NCBI GenBank assembly: GCA_963711465.1
Contig: CAVQEG010000001.1
Coordinates: 1,915,480 to 1,979,479, forward strand
DNA length: 64,000 bases
Direction: 5' to 3'
Origin: Chlorobiota bacterium
GTDB lineage: Bacteria > Bacteroidota > Ignavibacteria > OLB7
In this document: piece after piece, positions 60,301 through 64,000 of the stretch
Layout: every line of letters starts with the position of its first letter
Position numbering within the stretch: position 1 is the stretch's first letter
The notes under the pieces: generated by a model
Databases searched by the model: none
What the model was told of the DNA's origin: nothing
The model's input: only the letters and a program-made list of their open reading frames with translations
Made by a program: the position numbers and the translations under genes

Positions 60301-63300
60301 TCAACGGGTCACGTGCATCGTCCGGCTGGCGCGATACTCACCCGCCTGGATCTGATAGACGTACGTCCCGCTCGGAAGCCCGCTCACGTCCACCCGCAGC
60401 ACGTAGCGTCCCCCCTGAGGTCGGCGTCGAGCGGGCGCATCACCTCGCGGCCGCTCACATCGAAAATCCTCAGCAGCGCGTGCGCGTCCTCCAGCTGCTG
60501 GTAGTCGATCGTCACCACCTCGCCCGCCGGATCGGGTCGCGCGGCGTCGAGCCGGCTCGGAAAACTGCCGAACGTGATGCCTGAAATGCACCCGGGGAAG
60601 ACCACCAGCAGCGCCGGATCGCCGCAGGCGCTCAAGGCAGCCTGCGCCTGGTTCGATGCGATCGAATCGATCGCCACCGGTGTCGCCCCCTCCCCGCCAG
60701 CCAGCATCAGGAAGCGAATCGACGGAGGCGGCGAACCCGGCAGCAGCGGTCGATTCACCCGCAACACCAGCCGTCCGTTCGATCGGCCCGCGTCGACGAT
60801 CACCACATCGGGCGAAGGCCCCGCATCGATCACGTACAGGGCGATCGGGTCGTAGCTGATCACCAGCGTCGTGACACTTCCCGCCGGCAGCACCGCCGGC
60901 TCGTCAGCCGTTACCACCCGCACCGTCGCCGTGTCCCCCGGTCGCCCGTCGCCACGCCCGTCGACGTCCAGACATAGCGTCGTGGTCGCAGTCGATCCCG
61001 TCGCCGTCGCCTCCAGCTGCACCAGCTGCTGAAAGTCGCACGGACCCGAGACGAACAGGCGAGCCGTCGGTTCGTACAGGCCGGGTGTCGTTGGTGAGAA
61101 CCGCATCGACACGCGAAGCGTGTCGCCGGGAGCAAGCAGCGCAGGAAGCGACGGCAGCGTCCCCCGTACCGAGAAGGGCTCGGCTACGTCCGGAAGCGAA
61201 TCGACCACGACCGCCGTCGGCAGATCGTTCACGAACACCAGTTCCGTGTCGGCGCTCGAGCCCACGTTCACCGTACCGAAGGAACCACCGCTGGAAGTCA
61301 GGTTCGCCGGGAGCGTCGAGGCGATGAATTCCACCGCAACCGTGTCGCCACACGGGCCGAGCACGAGCCGGAGGAATTCGTCCACGTGCGCCGGTCCCGG
61401 AGCGAAGCGCACGCGAATGGTGAGACTGTCGCCGGCGGCGATGCTCGCTCCGACGATCGGATCGACCGGCTCGATGGTTCCACCCGATATCGCGTCGCGA
61501 ATCACCAGCGCCGCCCCATCCCCCGTGTTGCGCAGCACCACGCTGTCGATCACCTCCGCCGAGCAGCTGAGCACCGGTGGAATCACCACTCGCCGGCGAT
61601 CCGGATCCGGCACCGCCCCGAGCTTGCGCGCCATGACGACGATCGCCACCGTATCGCCACACGGCATCGGCATCGCCAGCCGACCCGACGCCGCGCCCGC
61701 CTGTCGAGGTACGAACCGCAACAGGAACGTCCGCGACTCTCCCGCTCCGATCGTGAACGGCGTCACCGGACTTCGCAGCTCCACACCTCCACTGCTCACC
61801 ACGGTGTCGACCTCGATCGGACTCGGCGAAGGATTGCTCACCACCACCTCGGTGTCCCGCACGGTTTCGCATTCGCCCATCTCCCCCAGATCGATCGTGT
61901 CGGCCCGCGGTACCAGCCGCAGATCGCGCCGTCGGCCGAGGACCGGCACCCGCAGCGTATCCGGACACGAGCCGCTCGTCACGATCAGCAGCTCCGCCGT
62001 GTCGTCCCCTTCCTCCATTGGCATGAATACGATCCGGAGATCGACGTCGCCTCCGGGAGGAAGCGTCGTGGGAATTCCTTCGGAGACGACCGAGAACGGA
62101 GCGTCGATCGCCGCGTCGAGCAGATCGATCGCCTTCGACGAGGGATTGTGCATTCGAAGCTCGAGGGTATCGGCGATCGCCTCGCCACGACAACCGCCGA
62201 GCATGCCGAAGTCGAGCGAATCCGGAATCGCCACCAGCGAATCCTTCGGCAGACGCTCGCCGTGCAGCGCAACCGTGATCGCCATACCACATGGCTCCGC
62301 CTCGATGTGAAGCGTCGCGTCGATCGCTCCGGATGCCGCCGAGGGCAGGAAGCGGATCGGAATTCTCACCGAGTCTCCCGGAGCAAGCGTTCCCGGGGGA
62401 AGCTCCGCCTCGAACGCCGCGTCGTCGCTGAGTACGTCGCTGATCGTCACGTCGACGTCGCCCTTGTTTCTCACCACCAGCATCGTGTCCTCCGGTCGGT
62501 CGTCGCACCATGCCAGTGGCGGGAACGTGACCGCGGCGACCGCCGCAGTGAGCGCCGCGGAATCACCCCTGCCCTCGAGCGGAACGCGGACCGGCACCGG
62601 ACACTCGCCGATGGCGATCAGCAGCGTGTCGCGATGCAGACCGGCCGTCGCAGGCGTGAACCGAACGCGCAGCTTCAGCTCGCGCGCGCTCGTCAGGAGC
62701 ACCGGGAAATGTGTCGTCGGATCGAGCGGCGTCACCGCAAACGGACCCGCAGGATCGCCGACCTGCGCACCGACGATCGTCGCGTCACCGCTGCCGAGGT
62801 TCGTTACCGTCACGACCGTGTCCCGCACGAACCCGCACACCAGCGTGCTGGGGAACACCACCGGCGACGGCGCCGCCGCGACGATCGGCGCGGTACGAAT
62901 TCCCCTCAGCTGCATGCGGTACGGACTCGCTGAGGAATCGTTGGTGAATACCAGCAGCGTGTCGTCGACGGTGACGACGCCACTGGTAGAGAACCGCATG
63001 ATGTAGCGTATCGAGTCGCCGGGGCGAACGGTGATCGGCAGGCCCGTGGTCGGCTCCAGCAGCGTGAAGCCCACGCCCTCCCGCGCGATGCTGTTGGCCT
63101 CGATCATCAGATTCGCGTCGCCGGTGTTGTACACCCAGAACGTGTCGACGACGGAGGTCTGGCAACCCGCCGTGGCGAGATCGAGCGTCGGCGGTGCGTA
63201 GATGACGGGAGCGGTGAGGAATCCGTAGCGCAGCAGGAACGCGTCGGTGGGACCGGGTCCGCCGGTGCGATTGAGCGTGCTGTCGTAGGCCCCGCGTGAA

Positions 63301-64000
63301 AGCGGGAGATCGGGTGAATCGGTGACACCGGCGATCATGAGTCGACCGAAGCGGTCGAGGATGCCGCCGCGCCACGGAACGTCGTTGCCGCCGCCGCCGA
63401 TCACGCTTGCGTTGAGTATCGACAGCCCGTCGGCGCTCAGCAGCGCGAAGCCGACGTCGAATCCGCCCAGGGTCGGCGATCGAATTCCGTCCGACGTGAC
63501 CGGGAACGACGCCGGCGTCTCGGTGACCCCCGCGACGTACGCCCGTCCGGCTCCGTCGACCTGTACCGTGGTTGCGCGCCCGCGATCGGTCGGACCGATG
63601 CCGCGGACGTAGGCACCCGAACCGGTTCCGAGGGGAAGAGGAAGCGGCGCCTTCAGCACGAACCAGCTCGAGCTGGTGGTCATTGCGGGGAAGTCGATCG
63701 ACGCCGTGCGCCCGGCGACGTAGGCATTCGGGTAGGCGGGCGGAGCCACCGAATCGATCGCCAGATCGTACGGCCTCTCCGGCGCGGATCCGCCGAAGAG
63801 CGTGCTGTAGAGCATCCGCGACAGATCGAACTGCATCACCGTCAGGAAGACGTCGCCGCCGCCGGCATAGGTGGCAGCGCTGGTGACGGGGAAATCCGCC
63901 GAGAACGTCGAGCCGGCGACGTACACGGCACCGCCAGGTTCGATCGCGACAGCGATTGCCTCGTCGTCGCCCGAACCGCCGAGGTAGGTGCTGAATCGAA
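60301..64000 (-). CDS. Large T9SS cargo: SBBP repeats + multiple Ig-like (choice-of-anchor D/ASH-like) domains + CTD; 5'-partial, frameshifted at about 60410-60415
   Basis: STYLGGSGDD / STLFGGS repeats, repeated C..DT..V.N.G..F.P..G..DTL units; the CTD is completed in another frame (GRYVLRVDVSGLPSGTYVYQI..TMHVTR). Confidence 0.85.

Overview
High-GC chromosomal segment from an FCB-group bacterium. Type IX secretion (T9SS) C-terminal domains, TAnnTTTG-type promoters, a 3xPASTA protein, DUF3109 and an SIS-type PGI/PMI suggest a Bacteroidota/Chlorobi/Ignavibacteria/Kapabacteria-like lineage (inference). Housekeeping genes: carB, pyrB, ftsB, fabI, tRNA-Pro(TGG), ogg, rpoN, hslU and an acyl-CoA ligase. 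Accessory content: (i) carbohydrate loci without SusC/D (SSS symporter, divergent GH15-like enzyme, propeller and lyase-like proteins; GH105-KdgK-GH38) with four unrelated sugar-phosphate isomerase types; (ii) a tandem array of five outer-membrane beta-barrel genes from two paralogous families; (iii) several T9SS cargo proteins, one frameshifted in a G-run inside its secretion signal. The best candidate for an undescribed system is at 51.6-58.0 kb: ECF sigma, an anti-sigma with TM helix, long linker and C-terminal beta-barrel (dual-membrane-spanning, Dma-like), a lipoprotein and a T9SS-cargo paralog array containing two unannotated gene relics. No integrase, transposase or CRISPR array was seen. 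All family calls come from motif recognition by eye, not database searches.
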